This document shows, one piece after another, positions 46,310 through 55,783 of a stretch of 64,000 bases of DNA. Origin of the DNA: Candidatus Aminicenantales bacterium. Its GTDB lineage: Bacteria; Acidobacteriota; Aminicenantia; Aminicenantales; Saccharicenantaceae. The notes beneath the pieces were generated by a model that did no database searches, was not told the origin of the DNA, and saw only the letters and a program-made list of their open reading frames with translations. The first letter of the stretch is position 1. Every line of letters starts with the position of its first letter. Location: positions 30,180 through 94,179 of the forward strand of contig JBEKXF010000011.1 in assembly GCA_049512315.1 (NCBI GenBank), written 5' to 3'. A program made the position numbers and the translations under genes.

Positions 46310-49300
46310 TCAGCGGATGACTTGATAGACCTCGCGCCAGGACTTGATCTTCAGCAGCGCCGCGACGGGGTTGGCCAGCATTTCCATCGTGGAATTGTAT
46401 TCCTGGAGGAAGACCTCTCTCTTGCTGATGCTCTCCGGCGCCGGTGTCCGCTCGACCTCACCGAGGGTCACCGCCCGCCGGGCCTTGCTCACCATCTGGA
46501 GGTAATCGGGGTTGAGGCCAGACGCCCGGAGGGCCGAACCGCCGATCGGAACGCCTCCTGTGTAGCGGAGCTGCCGGGCGTAGAGCCGTCCGGCGGCGCC
46601 CAGGTTGAGGCAGGGGTTGACGTTTTCGATGCTGCCCGGCAGGGTCGTGAAATAGGCGATGAAATCGGCGACGACCGGGTCGGCCCAGACCTTGTACCCC
46701 GCGCCGAGCTCTCCTTCCTTCTTGTCGGCGGTGAGGTTGAGGGATGTCGGGTCACCCATGTACCAGTCGACGCTGGCCCCGCTCGTGCCCCCCAGGTCCG
46801 TCAGGGCGATGAAGGAGTAGTTGGCCGCGGCGGGGGCGTTGTCATCGCCTCCCGTCCCGAAGTAAATCTTCGGAGTTTTTGCCTGTGAGAACGGGTCGAT
46901 CCAGACGGCGGGCTTGGTGATGATCGGGTAGTTGTTGTAGTCCGTATAGAGGGTCGTGAAGGTCCACGAGCTGAGGACGGAGGGCTTCGCGTCCAGGCGG
47001 TAGAGCCGGCCGTCCAGGTCGCCGACATAGACGGAGTTGACATAGCCGTCCGCGTCGGTATCGACGAGGGTCGGCGAGCTGACGATGGCCGCCTTGATGT
47101 TGGCGTAGGCGGTCCGCGGCGCGACGAAGAGGCTGGTGTCGACCTCGGTGACCTCCGTGTTCCAGATGACTTCTCCGGTGTCGATCCGGACAGTGTAGAA
47201 GTAACGCCCGGCGACTCCCTGGCCGATGTTGTCGTAACCGGACCCCATGAAGGCCACCCAGCGGTCCGTCCCGGCGTCACTGACCTTACCGATAACGGGG
47301 GTCGACCAGGTTTCACCCATCGTCTCCTGCCCCGAGGCGTTGAAATGGGTGATCTCCCAGAGCGGCAGGGGGTTGTTGGGGTCCGTGACGTCCAGGGCGA
47401 AATAATAGTTGACGCCGCCGGCCATGGTGCTGCCCTTGCCCGGCCCCTGGCCGCAGACGAGGACCGTCTTCCAGACGCCGGCGATCTGGACGTCGGCGAC
47501 GACGGGCGATCCGTCCACGAAGATATCATGGGCGTAATACCGGTTGGCGTTCACGAGGTCCACGGCCCACTGCTTCTGCAGCTTGGGGAGGAGGTTGTAG
47601 GGGATGAAGGCCCAGAGCTCGGCCCCGGTAGCCGCGTCGAAACAGTGCAACATGCCGTCGTTGGCCCCGACATAGATGACCTTTGTCCGGTTGGTATTGT
47701 CGGTCTTGAACTGGGAGTATCCCGAGCCCATGAGAGACTCGGTCTGGTTGGGGGGGCCGATGACGACCGGCGTCGAATGGTTGATGTCGCCGAGCTTCCA
47801 GTCCCGTCCGGCGCCCCGGGTGAAATTGATGAGGCCTTGGGTGTCGTTGTTGGGGTCCTGGAGAAAGGGGGCCAGAAGGGCCTCGTTCGCAGCCGTGAAA
47901 TCCGTCTTTTGCAGGGGCTGGCTCAGGACTTTGCCGGGACGGATGGCCGTGCAGATTTTCCGGTCGTCCGCGCTGCGGGCGGCGAGGATCTGGCCGGCGT
48001 CCCAGAAGATGGCTGTCCCTGCCGAGATCGTCCGTCCGGTCGAGGAACCCAGGTCCGAGGTGGTCAGGGTGGTCAGCGTCGAATAGCCTCCGGTGCCGAC
48101 GGCGACGCTCGTCACGTCATACGCCCGGAGCTGGCCTTCCCAGCCGGGGTAGATGAACGAGGAGCCGATGGTCAGCTTCTTGGTCTCGCCGCTGCTGGTG
48201 ACGATGGTCGCCGCCGCCGACGACCGCGAATATTCCCGGCGGTTGACGTACTTGTATTCGAGGGCGAGGGAGAAAACCCGCGGCGTGCTGAACGAGGCTC
48301 CGCTATAATCCTGCATGAAGTCCTCGGTCGCGGTCAGGACGATCCGCCACCGGAGGTCGGTGCCGAAATTCTTGAAGTCGTACCAGCCGCTGTCCGCCGT
48401 CGAGTTCGTGACCGTGGTGATCGCGCTCCCGGTCCAGCTTTTATAGAGCTCCCAGTCGACCCCGCCGTTAGGGGAGAAGTACAGGTCGATCGTCAGGCCC
48501 GCGTTGCTCTTGCCCCGCCAGCTCTGGACGAGACTGGTGATGCGGACACTGGTGATGGCGTACTGGTGCGGGTCCAGGGCACCGGCCGTGACGTTCGTGG
48601 ACTGGGCGTGGCCGTGCAGGCCGAACACGTCGGCCAGCATGTTGACCACGAGATAGTAGTCGCCCGAATGGTTGGCGTCGCAGAGGATGATGTCGATATC
48701 GCCGTCGTTGTCGTAGTCGAGCGGCTCCACGATATCATCGTCGTAATAGGGGGGGAGGATGTGCTCGCAGTTGTTCAGGCACTGGAAGGTCCACTGGACG
48801 ACGCCTGCGTTGACCCCGGCGTTCCTGAGGATCCACATGTGGGCCTCGTTGCCGGCGCACCAGCGGTCTCCCGCTCCGAAGATGTCCGGCAGCCCGTCGC
48901 CGGTGAAGTCCACGGCGGTCACGCCGCACGGCCCGGTGCAGGACGCCGTGGGGATGGTGATCGTGCTGCGGGTGAAATGCCCGGTGCCGTCGTTCTTGTA
49001 GTAGACAAGGTAGCCGTAATTGTTGACCGAGCCGCAGACGATGTCGATGTTGCCGTCCCTGTCGAAGTCGGCGGCGGCGATGCACGAGGTCCCCCTGGCA
49101 TCATAATTGTTGTTGTCCGTCCCCTTGACCGTGCCCGTCGCGGCGAAGCCCGTGTTCTGGTTATAGGACAATTCCGCGATGCTGAACTTGTTGAGCGTGA
49201 AATTCGCCTTGCCCGGGTTGCGGACGAGGAAGATCTTGCTCTCGCTGGCGACGAGGATGTCGATGTCACCGTCCTTGTCGATGTCCACGGCGCAGAGGTG

Positions 49301-49981
49301 GTTGGCCGTCCAGTTGGCGTAGATCTTGGCCGTCTGGAAGGCCGAGGTGAAGTCGAGGTTGGAGGAGTTCGTGCGGACGTTGAACTTCGGTTTGGTTTTC
49401 GTCCCGACGTTGATGTACATGATGGCGGCGAAGTTCGTGTAGCCGAACTGGTCGGCGCCGTTCCGCATGTAGAAGAAGTCGAGCAGTCCGTCGCCGTTGA
49501 AGTCCCCGACGCAGATCGAGTTCGGTCCGACGTAGGTCGTGTAGGGGTCGTTGACGACGGTCAGGTCCTCGATCCATTGGGCTACCCCGGCCGTCTTGTA
49601 GTTGTTCCTCAGGTAGACGATGCGGGAGGTATCCTGGTAGCTGCTGGAGCCGGTAAGCTCGAGGCCGACGAGGTCCGGGTAGCCGTCTCCGTCGAAGTCC
49701 CCGGAGGCTGTACAGTAGATGTGGGCGCCGAGGCCGCCCGGCTTGGTCACGGCGAAGTTCGCCCCGAGCCGCGGGAGCTCGATAGGGCTTCCATGGCCGA
49801 TGTCCGGCGTCCAGCCGAAGACGGCGGTATTGTTCGAGTCCTTGAAGGTGACGGTGCTGAAATTCTCCGAGAAGCTCCCGGTTTGCAGCGTGCACGTCTC
49901 CTGGGCGATCGTTCTCAGGGCCAGGGCCCCGGCCGCGATGGCCAGCAGGCAGAAGATCGTCTTTTTCGTTTTTTTACTCAT
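46310..49981 (-). CDS. pilY1: type IV pilus tip adhesin PilY1-like protein with N-terminal FG-GAP/VCBS-like repeats (1223 aa)
   Basis: Multiple DxDxDG calcium-binding FG-GAP-like repeats (DFDGDGYPDL, GDFNGDGLLD, DIDKDGDIDI, DFDRDGNIDI, DFTGDGLPDI, DYDNDGDIDI); C-terminal PilY1-type PQQ-like propeller (NDGMLHCFDAATGAELWAF); operon position after pilX. Confidence 0.8.
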   Translation of the reverse strand: MSKKTKKTIFCLLAIAAGALALRTIAQETCTLQTGSFSENFSTVTFKDSNNTAVFGWTPDIGHGSPIELPRLGANFAVTKPGGLGAHIYCTASGDFDGDGYPDLVGLELTGSSSYQDTSRIVYLRNNYKTAGVAQWIEDLTVVNDPYTTYVGPNSICVGDFNGDGLLDFFYMRNGADQFGYTNFAAIMYINVGTKTKPKFNVRTNSSNLDFTSAFQTAKIYANWTANHLCAVDIDKDGDIDILVASESKIFLVRNPGKANFTLNKFSIAELSYNQNTGFAATGTVKGTDNNNYDARGTSCIAAADFDRDGNIDIVCGSVNNYGYLVYYKNDGTGHFTRSTITIPTASCTGPCGVTAVDFTGDGLPDIFGAGDRWCAGNEAHMWILRNAGVNAGVVQWTFQCLNNCEHILPPYYDDDIVEPLDYDNDGDIDIILCDANHSGDYYLVVNMLADVFGLHGHAQSTNVTAGALDPHQYAITSVRITSLVQSWRGKSNAGLTIDLYFSPNGGVDWELYKSWTGSAITTVTNSTADSGWYDFKNFGTDLRWRIVLTATEDFMQDYSGASFSTPRVFSLALEYKYVNRREYSRSSAAATIVTSSGETKKLTIGSSFIYPGWEGQLRAYDVTSVAVGTGGYSTLTTLTTSDLGSSTGRTISAGTAIFWDAGQILAARSADDRKICTAIRPGKVLSQPLQKTDFTAANEALLAPFLQDPNNDTQGLINFTRGAGRDWKLGDINHSTPVVIGPPNQTESLMGSGYSQFKTDNTNRTKVIYVGANDGMLHCFDAATGAELWAFIPYNLLPKLQKQWAVDLVNANRYYAHDIFVDGSPVVADVQIAGVWKTVLVCGQGPGKGSTMAGGVNYYFALDVTDPNNPLPLWEITHFNASGQETMGETWSTPVIGKVSDAGTDRWVAFMGSGYDNIGQGVAGRYFYTVRIDTGEVIWNTEVTEVDTSLFVAPRTAYANIKAAIVSSPTLVDTDADGYVNSVYVGDLDGRLYRLDAKPSVLSSWTFTTLYTDYNNYPIITKPAVWIDPFSQAKTPKIYFGTGGDDNAPAAANYSFIALTDLGGTSGASVDWYMGDPTSLNLTADKKEGELGAGYKVWADPVVADFIAYFTTLPGSIENVNPCLNLGAAGRLYARQLRYTGGVPIGGSALRASGLNPDYLQMVSKARRAVTLGEVERTPAPESISKREVFLQEYNSTMEMLANPVAALLKIKSWREVYQVIR

Positions 49982-49994
49982 GGTCTTCTCCGTC

Positions 49995-50567
49995 TTACGG
50001 ATTTCCCCCGGTCGCCTCGAGCCCCAGCAGGACCTCGAGCCGTGATGTCGAAAGGACCCGGTTTCCGGACCTGATGACGCCGATGCAGACCAGCAGGACG
50101 TCGGTCGGATCCGCCATTCCGCCGCCGGCCTCGTCGTCGATCAGAAACACGGTGTAGGTCCGGGTCAGGTCGTTCTGGCCGCTGGCCGTTTTGAGGAACG
50201 GCGCGTCTTTGTAGAGGACGCCCGTGGTGCCTTCCGAAAGCGTCTGGGTCAGGGCCACGTCGGACTGCCGCCGGAAGTAGGCGGCATCGAGCGGAAGGTC
50301 GATCCCCGTCGGCGTCCGGAGGCAGTTGTCCTGGAGGTTGGCCCACGTGCCGTCGAGGAGGGCACGTTCGATGGCCAGGCGCGCAGCATCAAAACCTGCT
50401 TCAGCCGTATTGAAGGCCTCCTCCTGGTCACGGACGCTCCCCGAAACCTTGGGCGCGACGCCGGTGATGGTCAGGATCGCGACGCCCACGGCCAGCATGA
50501 AGGCCATGACGAGAATGACGACGATGAGCGAAGATCCCCGCTCCGGGTGTTGGCTTGTTTCTCTCAT
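49995..50567 (-). CDS. pilX: type IV pilus minor pilin PilX-like
   Basis: PilX N-terminal signature ERGSSLIVVILVMAFMLAVGVAIL; 4-nt overlap with pilW. Confidence 0.6.
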   Translation of the reverse strand: MRETSQHPERGSSLIVVILVMAFMLAVGVAILTITGVAPKVSGSVRDQEEAFNTAEAGFDAARLAIERALLDGTWANLQDNCLRTPTGIDLPLDAAYFRRQSDVALTQTLSEGTTGVLYKDAPFLKTASGQNDLTRTYTVFLIDDEAGGGMADPTDVLLVCIGVIRSGNRVLSTSRLEVLLGLEATGGNP

Positions 50568-51691
50568 CGTTCTCCTTGATTGTAAAGACCCAGCGACAGG
50601 TTCCGGATGTTGGACGTGGATTCCAGCAGGAAGCGCCGGTGCAGGTCGTCCGTCTTGGCCCCCTGAGAATTCGCCATGTCCGGCCGCCGGTAGTGATGGA
50701 TCGCGGCGTCGGGCTTCCCCGAAACGCTGACGAAGCGGTTGGCGGTCCGGCCCAGGAGCTGGACCCTGACCTGGCGGATCCGGAAGATATCATCCAGGGT
50801 CCAGCCGGCGTTCCAGTCCTGGAAGCCGTCCAGGATCCCGTCATCGTTGATGTCGCCGTTATACTGGACCTGGAAGTTCTCGATGTTCTGGGCGATCGGG
50901 TTGTGGACCCCGTTGACCGTCACGTAAAAGACGCCGGGCAGGCCGAGGTAGCCGTCGAGGCCCGCCGTCAGCCCCGGCTGGCTTCCCCTCACGTCCAGCC
51001 AGTAGACCTTGACGTCGACGAGCATGACCGTTCCCCCGTCGTAGTCGCTAGCGGGAGAGCATGTTCCTTTCAGGCTTTCCAGCGGGCCGCCGGGATGCGC
51101 GCCCAGGAAGACGTTGTCCAATGTCCCGCCCAAGAAATAAAAGGCCTCGTTTGCCCCCGTTGTGGAGCGGGAGATGTGGCTGATTGTCCGGACTTCTCCG
51201 GTCCTGCAGGCGCCAGCATCGTTGGGAAGGATGAGGGCCGTCTTGTTGACATAGAAGCTGTCGGCGTAAGGGTACTGCTCGAAACTGTAGTCGTTGACCG
51301 TCAGGCTCGTCGCCGACGCCGCTCCCAGGTAGCTCTGGATCTGGGCGTTGAGAGGCCAGTCCATGTTGCCCATCACGATCAGGCGGTCGGGCTGGACTTC
51401 GGAGCCCTGGTCTTCGTTGTCGACGCCTTCAAAGGCGAACATCCGGAACCCCTCGGGGAGGCCGACGCCGGCCATCCGGATGTCCCTCATCGTCAGGAAC
51501 ATCGCCGACCGGACGTCGTTCTGGATCTCCGCGTATTGCTGCTGATCGGCCGCGATCTGGTTGCTCCGGCTGTAGATGGCCAGGGCGGCGATAATGACAA
51601 CGAGCATGATCGTGCTGCCGATGAGGAGCTCGATCAGAGTGAACCCCCGGGGGCGTGCGTGACTCGTATGCTTTTTCATGGGTGTGTTCAT
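50564..51691 (-). CDS. pilW: type IV pilus minor pilin PilW-like (prepilin-type N-terminus)
   Basis: Prepilin cleavage/methylation motif RG|FTLIELLIG; alternative start MKKH at 51679. Confidence 0.6.
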   Translation of the reverse strand: MNTPMKKHTSHARPRGFTLIELLIGSTIMLVVIIAALAIYSRSNQIAADQQQYAEIQNDVRSAMFLTMRDIRMAGVGLPEGFRMFAFEGVDNEDQGSEVQPDRLIVMGNMDWPLNAQIQSYLGAASATSLTVNDYSFEQYPYADSFYVNKTALILPNDAGACRTGEVRTISHISRSTTGANEAFYFLGGTLDNVFLGAHPGGPLESLKGTCSPASDYDGGTVMLVDVKVYWLDVRGSQPGLTAGLDGYLGLPGVFYVTVNGVHNPIAQNIENFQVQYNGDINDDGILDGFQDWNAGWTLDDIFRIRQVRVQLLGRTANRFVSVSGKPDAAIHHYRRPDMANSQGAKTDDLHRRFLLESTSNIRNLSLGLYNQGER

Positions 51692-51695
51692 GGGG

Positions 51696-52166
51696 TCACC
51701 TGCTGATCACCGTTTCCAGCCGGGCCCGGACCCGGTGGCCTTCCGGGTCGGCGACAAGATCGGTCGGGCTGGCCAAGAACTGGGATGGCGGGAAGACGAG
51801 GACCCGGACATCGAAGGCCGGGTTATTGTCCGTGATGACGGTGATGCGGCGGTAATCCGGAGTCCCATCGACGTTGACGTCGATCGTTTCGTCAGAGACC
51901 GAAGTCCCAGTTCCTGAAGCCAATGCCGTAAGCTCGTTGAGCGTCAGCGTCCGGAGGTAATCGATCTCCTGCTGGGCCAGGAAAACGGAGTTGGCGATCT
52001 CGCTGGCCCGGGTGTTGTTCATGATGCCCATCATGTACAGCTGCACCAGGCCGAGGACGGCGACGGCGACGAGGAAGACGCCGATCAGGACCTCGATCAG
52101 GGAAAAGCCTTGCGGCCGGGCCGATTCTTTCTTCTTTGGCTGAACCATCGCGTTCCCTCTTTTCAT
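51696..52166 (-). CDS. pilV: type IV pilus minor pilin PilV-like
   Basis: QG|FSLIEVLIG prepilin motif; leader length depends on start choice (51696-52166 ORF or internal Met). Confidence 0.6.
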   Translation of the reverse strand: MKRGNAMVQPKKKESARPQGFSLIEVLIGVFLVAVAVLGLVQLYMMGIMNNTRASEIANSVFLAQQEIDYLRTLTLNELTALASGTGTSVSDETIDVNVDGTPDYRRITVITDNNPAFDVRVLVFPPSQFLASPTDLVADPEGHRVRARLETVISR

Positions 52167-52173
52167 GCCGGCG

Positions 52174-52686
52174 TCACCCGCTGGCGGCTCTCGCGTAGCT
52201 GACCGTCCCGCCCCCGAAGACCGTCAGGACCCTCAGGTCGGGCTGCCGCTTGCCTTTGAGTTTGAGGCTTTGCAGGGTCAGGGAGTTGTGCGTGCTGTCG
52301 TACCCCTCGACGACCCCGACGGGCGAAAACTCGACCGCCTGGCTCGCCGGGAGGTTGATCGTCACCGTGAAACTCGTGGAGATCGTTTTCTCCAGGAAGC
52401 CGGGGACGGCGGTCCACGTGCCGGCCGTATCCAAGCTTTCGAGGAAGATCCGCCAGAGGCCATGGTCTTGGCCGAAGCGGACGCGGTAATCGATCTTATC
52501 GGTCACGGCCCGGTACCTAGCCTGCTGCAGGGTGGTCTGGATGTCACGGGCGCTGTTGTCCAGGTTCCGGGTCTCCAGGGAGTTCATGATGCTCGGAAAC
52601 GTGACGATCATCATGGTGCCCATGATCGCGACGACGACGAGGACTTCGATCAGCGTGAATCCGTTCTTTCTCATGCGGTTCTCCAT
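52174..52686 (-). CDS. fimT: GspH/FimT-like minor pseudopilin
   Basis: NG|FTLIEVLVVVAIMG prepilin motif; start at ATG 52686 (MENRMRKNG leader) preceded by GGGGAGGG RBS; first gene of minor-pilin operon. Confidence 0.6.
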   Translation of the reverse strand: MENRMRKNGFTLIEVLVVVAIMGTMMIVTFPSIMNSLETRNLDNSARDIQTTLQQARYRAVTDKIDYRVRFGQDHGLWRIFLESLDTAGTWTAVPGFLEKTISTSFTVTINLPASQAVEFSPVGVVEGYDSTHNSLTLQSLKLKGKRQPDLRVLTVFGGGTVSYARAASG

Positions 52687-52731
52687 AGCGTCCCTCCCCA
52701 AACCTGCCGAAAGTCCACACACTTCTTTCGC

Positions 52732-52760
52732 ATTCTATGAATTTCGGAGGCCTGATGCAA
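52732..52760 (-). promoter_or_regulatory. sigma70-like promoter of minor-pilin operon (minus strand): -35 TTGCAT (52760-52755), 17-nt spacer, -10 TAGAAT (52737-52732)
   Basis: Read directly from reverse complement; ~39-nt leader to fimT ATG. Confidence 0.45.
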
Positions 52761-52919
52761 CCGGTTTTTCCCCGGCTCCAGGGGGGATTCCGCTATCTTG
52801 CGGCCATCCGGACTTCCTTGCTTCATGAATGGAGGACCTTCGGCCTCGCGATCCAAGCGCTGTCCCTTTTCCTGTGGAGGAATTTGGCGCGTTCATCATG
52901 ACAGGGGTCGTTTTCGGGC

Positions 52920-52943
52920 GGAATCACCTCGAGGGGTGATTCC
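52920..52943. promoter_or_regulatory. perfect 9-bp inverted repeat GGAATCACC-tcgagg-GGTGATTCC in centre of 380-bp divergent intergenic region; candidate operator
   Basis: Read directly. Confidence 0.35.
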
Positions 52944-53033
52944 GTCGAGCAATTATTGCGTCGGCTCCTTACCCCTAAAGGCTAACCACAGGCAGGGGCA
53001 GGCGGAGCGAAGAAAACGGCTCGGGAAGAGCTG

Positions 53034-53062
53034 TTGTATTTCCGGCCCGGCTGCAATAGAAT
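53034..53062 (+). promoter_or_regulatory. sigma70-like promoter for M24 peptidase: -35 TTGTAT (53034-53039), 17-nt spacer, -10 TAGAAT (53057-53062)
   Basis: Read directly; GAAGGAAGG RBS before ATG 53101. Confidence 0.45.
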
Positions 53063-53100
53063 CTAGGGCCTTGAGATCGAGGAATGAAGGAAGGTCCAGA

Positions 53101-54393
53101 ATGAGCATCAACAGACGGAATTTCCTGAAAATGACGGCCGGCGCGGCCGGGGCCTACGGAGTCGCGGGCGCGGCGATAAGAAACGCGGCGGCCGGGCAGG
53201 CGACGCCCGGGGCCGTCAAGAAGGACACGCCCATCGGCCGGCTCAAGCCCATGACCGCCGGGATCGTCCCGATCTCGGACGGCGAGCGGCTGGCCCGGAT
53301 GGAACGGGCCCGCAAGCTCATGGCGGATAACAAGATCGATGCCATCGTCGTCGAGGGCGGGACGGGCCTCGTCTATTTTGCCGACGTGAGCTGGTGGCTG
53401 AGCGAGCGCGTCCTCGCCTGGATCTTGCCGGCGAAGGGCGAGATGGCCTGGGTCTGCCCGAAGTTCGAAGAGGACCGGGCCCGGGAGCTCATCCGCTTCG
53501 GCACGGACATCCGGACCTGGGAAGAGGACGAGAGCCCCTACAAGGCCATCGCCGGGGTTTTCCGGGACCGGGGGATCCGCACGGGCCGGGTGGGGATCGA
53601 GGAGCGCGTCCGCTTTTTCGTCTATGACGGCCTGCGGAAGGAAGCGTCCGGCCTCGATTTCGTGAGCGCCGACCCGGTGACCGTCGGCTGCCGCTCCATC
53701 AAGACCCCGATCGAGATCGCCCTCATGCAGCGGGCCTGCGACATCACGGTCGAGGCTTACAAGGCGGCCATCGCCATGCTGAGGGAAGGGATGACCAAGG
53801 GGGATTTCGGGGCCGACGCCGCGGCCGCGTTCCGGGCCCTCGGAGTTTCCGGCGGGATCGGGGCGAGCTTCGGCGAACAGTCGTCCCTCCCGCACGGGAG
53901 CATCAAGCCCAGGACCCTCCGGGAAGGCGACGTCGTCCTGATGGACGGCGGCTGCAGCGTCGGCGGCTACCAGTCGGACGTCAGCCGGACGGTCGTCTTC
54001 GGAAAGCCGTCGCCAAAGCAGCGTCATGTGTGGGACGTCGAGCAAAGAACCCAGCTGGCGGCCTTCAAGGCCGCGAAGCCGGGCGTCCCTCACGAGGACG
54101 TGGACGCTGCCGCCCGGAAGGTCCTGACGGAAGCCGGCTACGGTCCGGGCTACAAGCTGCCGGGCTTGCCCCACCGGACGGGCCACGGGCTGGGCATGGA
54201 CGGCCACGAGTGGACCTACCTCGTCAAGGGGAACGAGGCGCCCATCCGGCCCGGGATGTGCTTCACGGATGAGCCGATGATCGTCATCCCCGGCGAGTTC
54301 GGGGTCCGGCTCGAGGACGACCTGCATATTACCGAGGACGGGGCCAAGTGGTTCACTGAGCCCAGCCCGTCCATCGAGAAGCCGTTCGTCTGA
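53101..54393 (+). CDS. M24 family metallopeptidase (Xaa-Pro aminopeptidase/prolidase-like) with twin-arginine (Tat) signal
   Basis: MSINRRNFLKMTAGAAGAYGVAGA Tat motif; creatinase-N-like and pita-bread domains with metal ligands (DGGCSVGGYQSDVSRT ... HRTGHGLG ... E-rich C-terminus); track N-extension rejected. Confidence 0.8.
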   Translation: MSINRRNFLKMTAGAAGAYGVAGAAIRNAAAGQATPGAVKKDTPIGRLKPMTAGIVPISDGERLARMERARKLMADNKIDAIVVEGGTGLVYFADVSWWLSERVLAWILPAKGEMAWVCPKFEEDRARELIRFGTDIRTWEEDESPYKAIAGVFRDRGIRTGRVGIEERVRFFVYDGLRKEASGLDFVSADPVTVGCRSIKTPIEIALMQRACDITVEAYKAAIAMLREGMTKGDFGADAAAAFRALGVSGGIGASFGEQSSLPHGSIKPRTLREGDVVLMDGGCSVGGYQSDVSRTVVFGKPSPKQRHVWDVEQRTQLAAFKAAKPGVPHEDVDAAARKVLTEAGYGPGYKLPGLPHRTGHGLGMDGHEWTYLVKGNEAPIRPGMCFTDEPMIVIPGEFGVRLEDDLHITEDGAKWFTEPSPSIEKPFV

Positions 54394-54435
54394 GATAACC
54401 GCCGGACACCGACGAGGCTGGCCCCCGGGGCCGGT

Positions 54436-54464
54436 TTGACCGTCTTTTTCCCCTGTGTTATAAG
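54436..54464 (+). promoter_or_regulatory. candidate gltX promoter: -35 TTGACC (54436-54441), 17-nt spacer, -10 TATAAG (54459-54464)
   Basis: Read directly; preceded by weak GC hairpin + T-run after the peptidase gene. Confidence 0.4.
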
Positions 54465-54499
54465 AATAAGGATTTCCAGGGCCTGAAGAGAGAGAAACC

Positions 54500-55783
54500 A
54501 TGGTCCGCGTCCGATTCGCCCCCAGCCCGACGGGTTTCCTCCATATCGGGAGCGCCCGGACAGCCATCTTCAACTGGCTCTACGCCCGCCACACCAGCGG
54601 GAACTTCCTGCTCCGGGTCGAGGACACGGACCAGAAGAGGTCCGAACTGCGGTTCCTCGAGGAGATCCTCGAGGACCTTCGCTGGCTCGGCCTCGACTGG
54701 GACGAGGAGCTCCTCTTCCAGAGCCGGCGGTTCGCGGTCTACCGGGAAAAGGCCGAGGAGCTGGTGGCCGCCGGAAAGGCCTACAGGGAGGGCGATGCCG
54801 TCCTCTATCGGGTCGAGCCGGGCCGGACGATCGCCTACGACGACATGATCCACGGCCGGATCACGGTCGGGACCGAGACGATCAAGGACCAGGTCCTGAT
54901 CAAGTCCGACGGCTCCCCGGCCTACAATTTCGCCTGCGTCGTGGACGACAGCCACATGGGGATCACCCACATCCTCAGGGGCGACGACCACATCAGCAAC
55001 ACGCCGAAGCAGATCCTTTTTTATCAGGCCTTCGGGCTCGAGCCGCCGAAGCTCGGCCACATGCCGCTCATCATGGGGGCCGACGGGGCCAAGCTCTCGA
55101 AGCGCCACGGCGGGGTGTCCGTCGAGGAATACAAGCGGGAGGGCTTTCTGCCCGAGGCCCTGGTCAATTACCTCGCCCTCCTCGGCTGGATGCCCCGGGA
55201 CGGTCGCGAGGTCATTCCCCTCGGCGAGGCCGTCAAGCTCTTCGAGATCGGGGAGATGAACGACGTCCAGGCCAAGTTCGACCTCCAGAAGCTCCGCTGG
55301 CTGAACAGCGAATACATCATGAATAAGCCCGACAGGGAACTCCTGCCCCTCGTCAAGAGTCAGCTCGCCGCGTCCGGGATCGATACGTCGGGGATCGCGG
55401 ACGATTATCTCGCCAAGGTCCTCGGCCTCTACAAGGTCCGGCTCAAGACGCTGAGCGATTTCCCGGCCATGACGGACTGCTTCTTCCGCGACGATTACAG
55501 CGTTGAAGAGGAAGGGAAAGTCCATCTGGAAAAGCCGGAGAGCCGCGAGCTGCTGGACGTCCTGGCCGGGCGCCTGGCCGGGCTCGAAGCCTTCACCCAC
55601 GCCGGGATCGAGAAAGTCTTCCGGGATTTCATCGAGGAGCGGAAGATCAAAGCCGGCCAGGTTATCCACCCCGCCCGGATGGCTGTCAGCGGGAAGACCA
55701 AAGGCGCCGGGCTTTTCGAGATGATGGAGGTCCTCGGCCGGGACCGCGTGCTGGAGCGTTTGAGGAGAGCCGCCCATGGATGA
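54500..55783 (+). CDS. gltX: glutamate--tRNA ligase
   Basis: HIGH motif ([15 protein letters not shown]) and KMSKS-type KLSKR; 427 aa. Confidence 0.9.
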   Translation: MVRVRFAPSPTGFLHIGSARTAIFNWLYARHTSGNFLLRVEDTDQKRSELRFLEEILEDLRWLGLDWDEELLFQSRRFAVYREKAEELVAAGKAYREGDAVLYRVEPGRTIAYDDMIHGRITVGTETIKDQVLIKSDGSPAYNFACVVDDSHMGITHILRGDDHISNTPKQILFYQAFGLEPPKLGHMPLIMGADGAKLSKRHGGVSVEEYKREGFLPEALVNYLALLGWMPRDGREVIPLGEAVKLFEIGEMNDVQAKFDLQKLRWLNSEYIMNKPDRELLPLVKSQLAASGIDTSGIADDYLAKVLGLYKVRLKTLSDFPAMTDCFFRDDYSVEEEGKVHLEKPESRELLDVLAGRLAGLEAFTHAGIEKVFRDFIEERKIKAGQVIHPARMAVSGKTKGAGLFEMMEVLGRDRVLERLRRAAHG

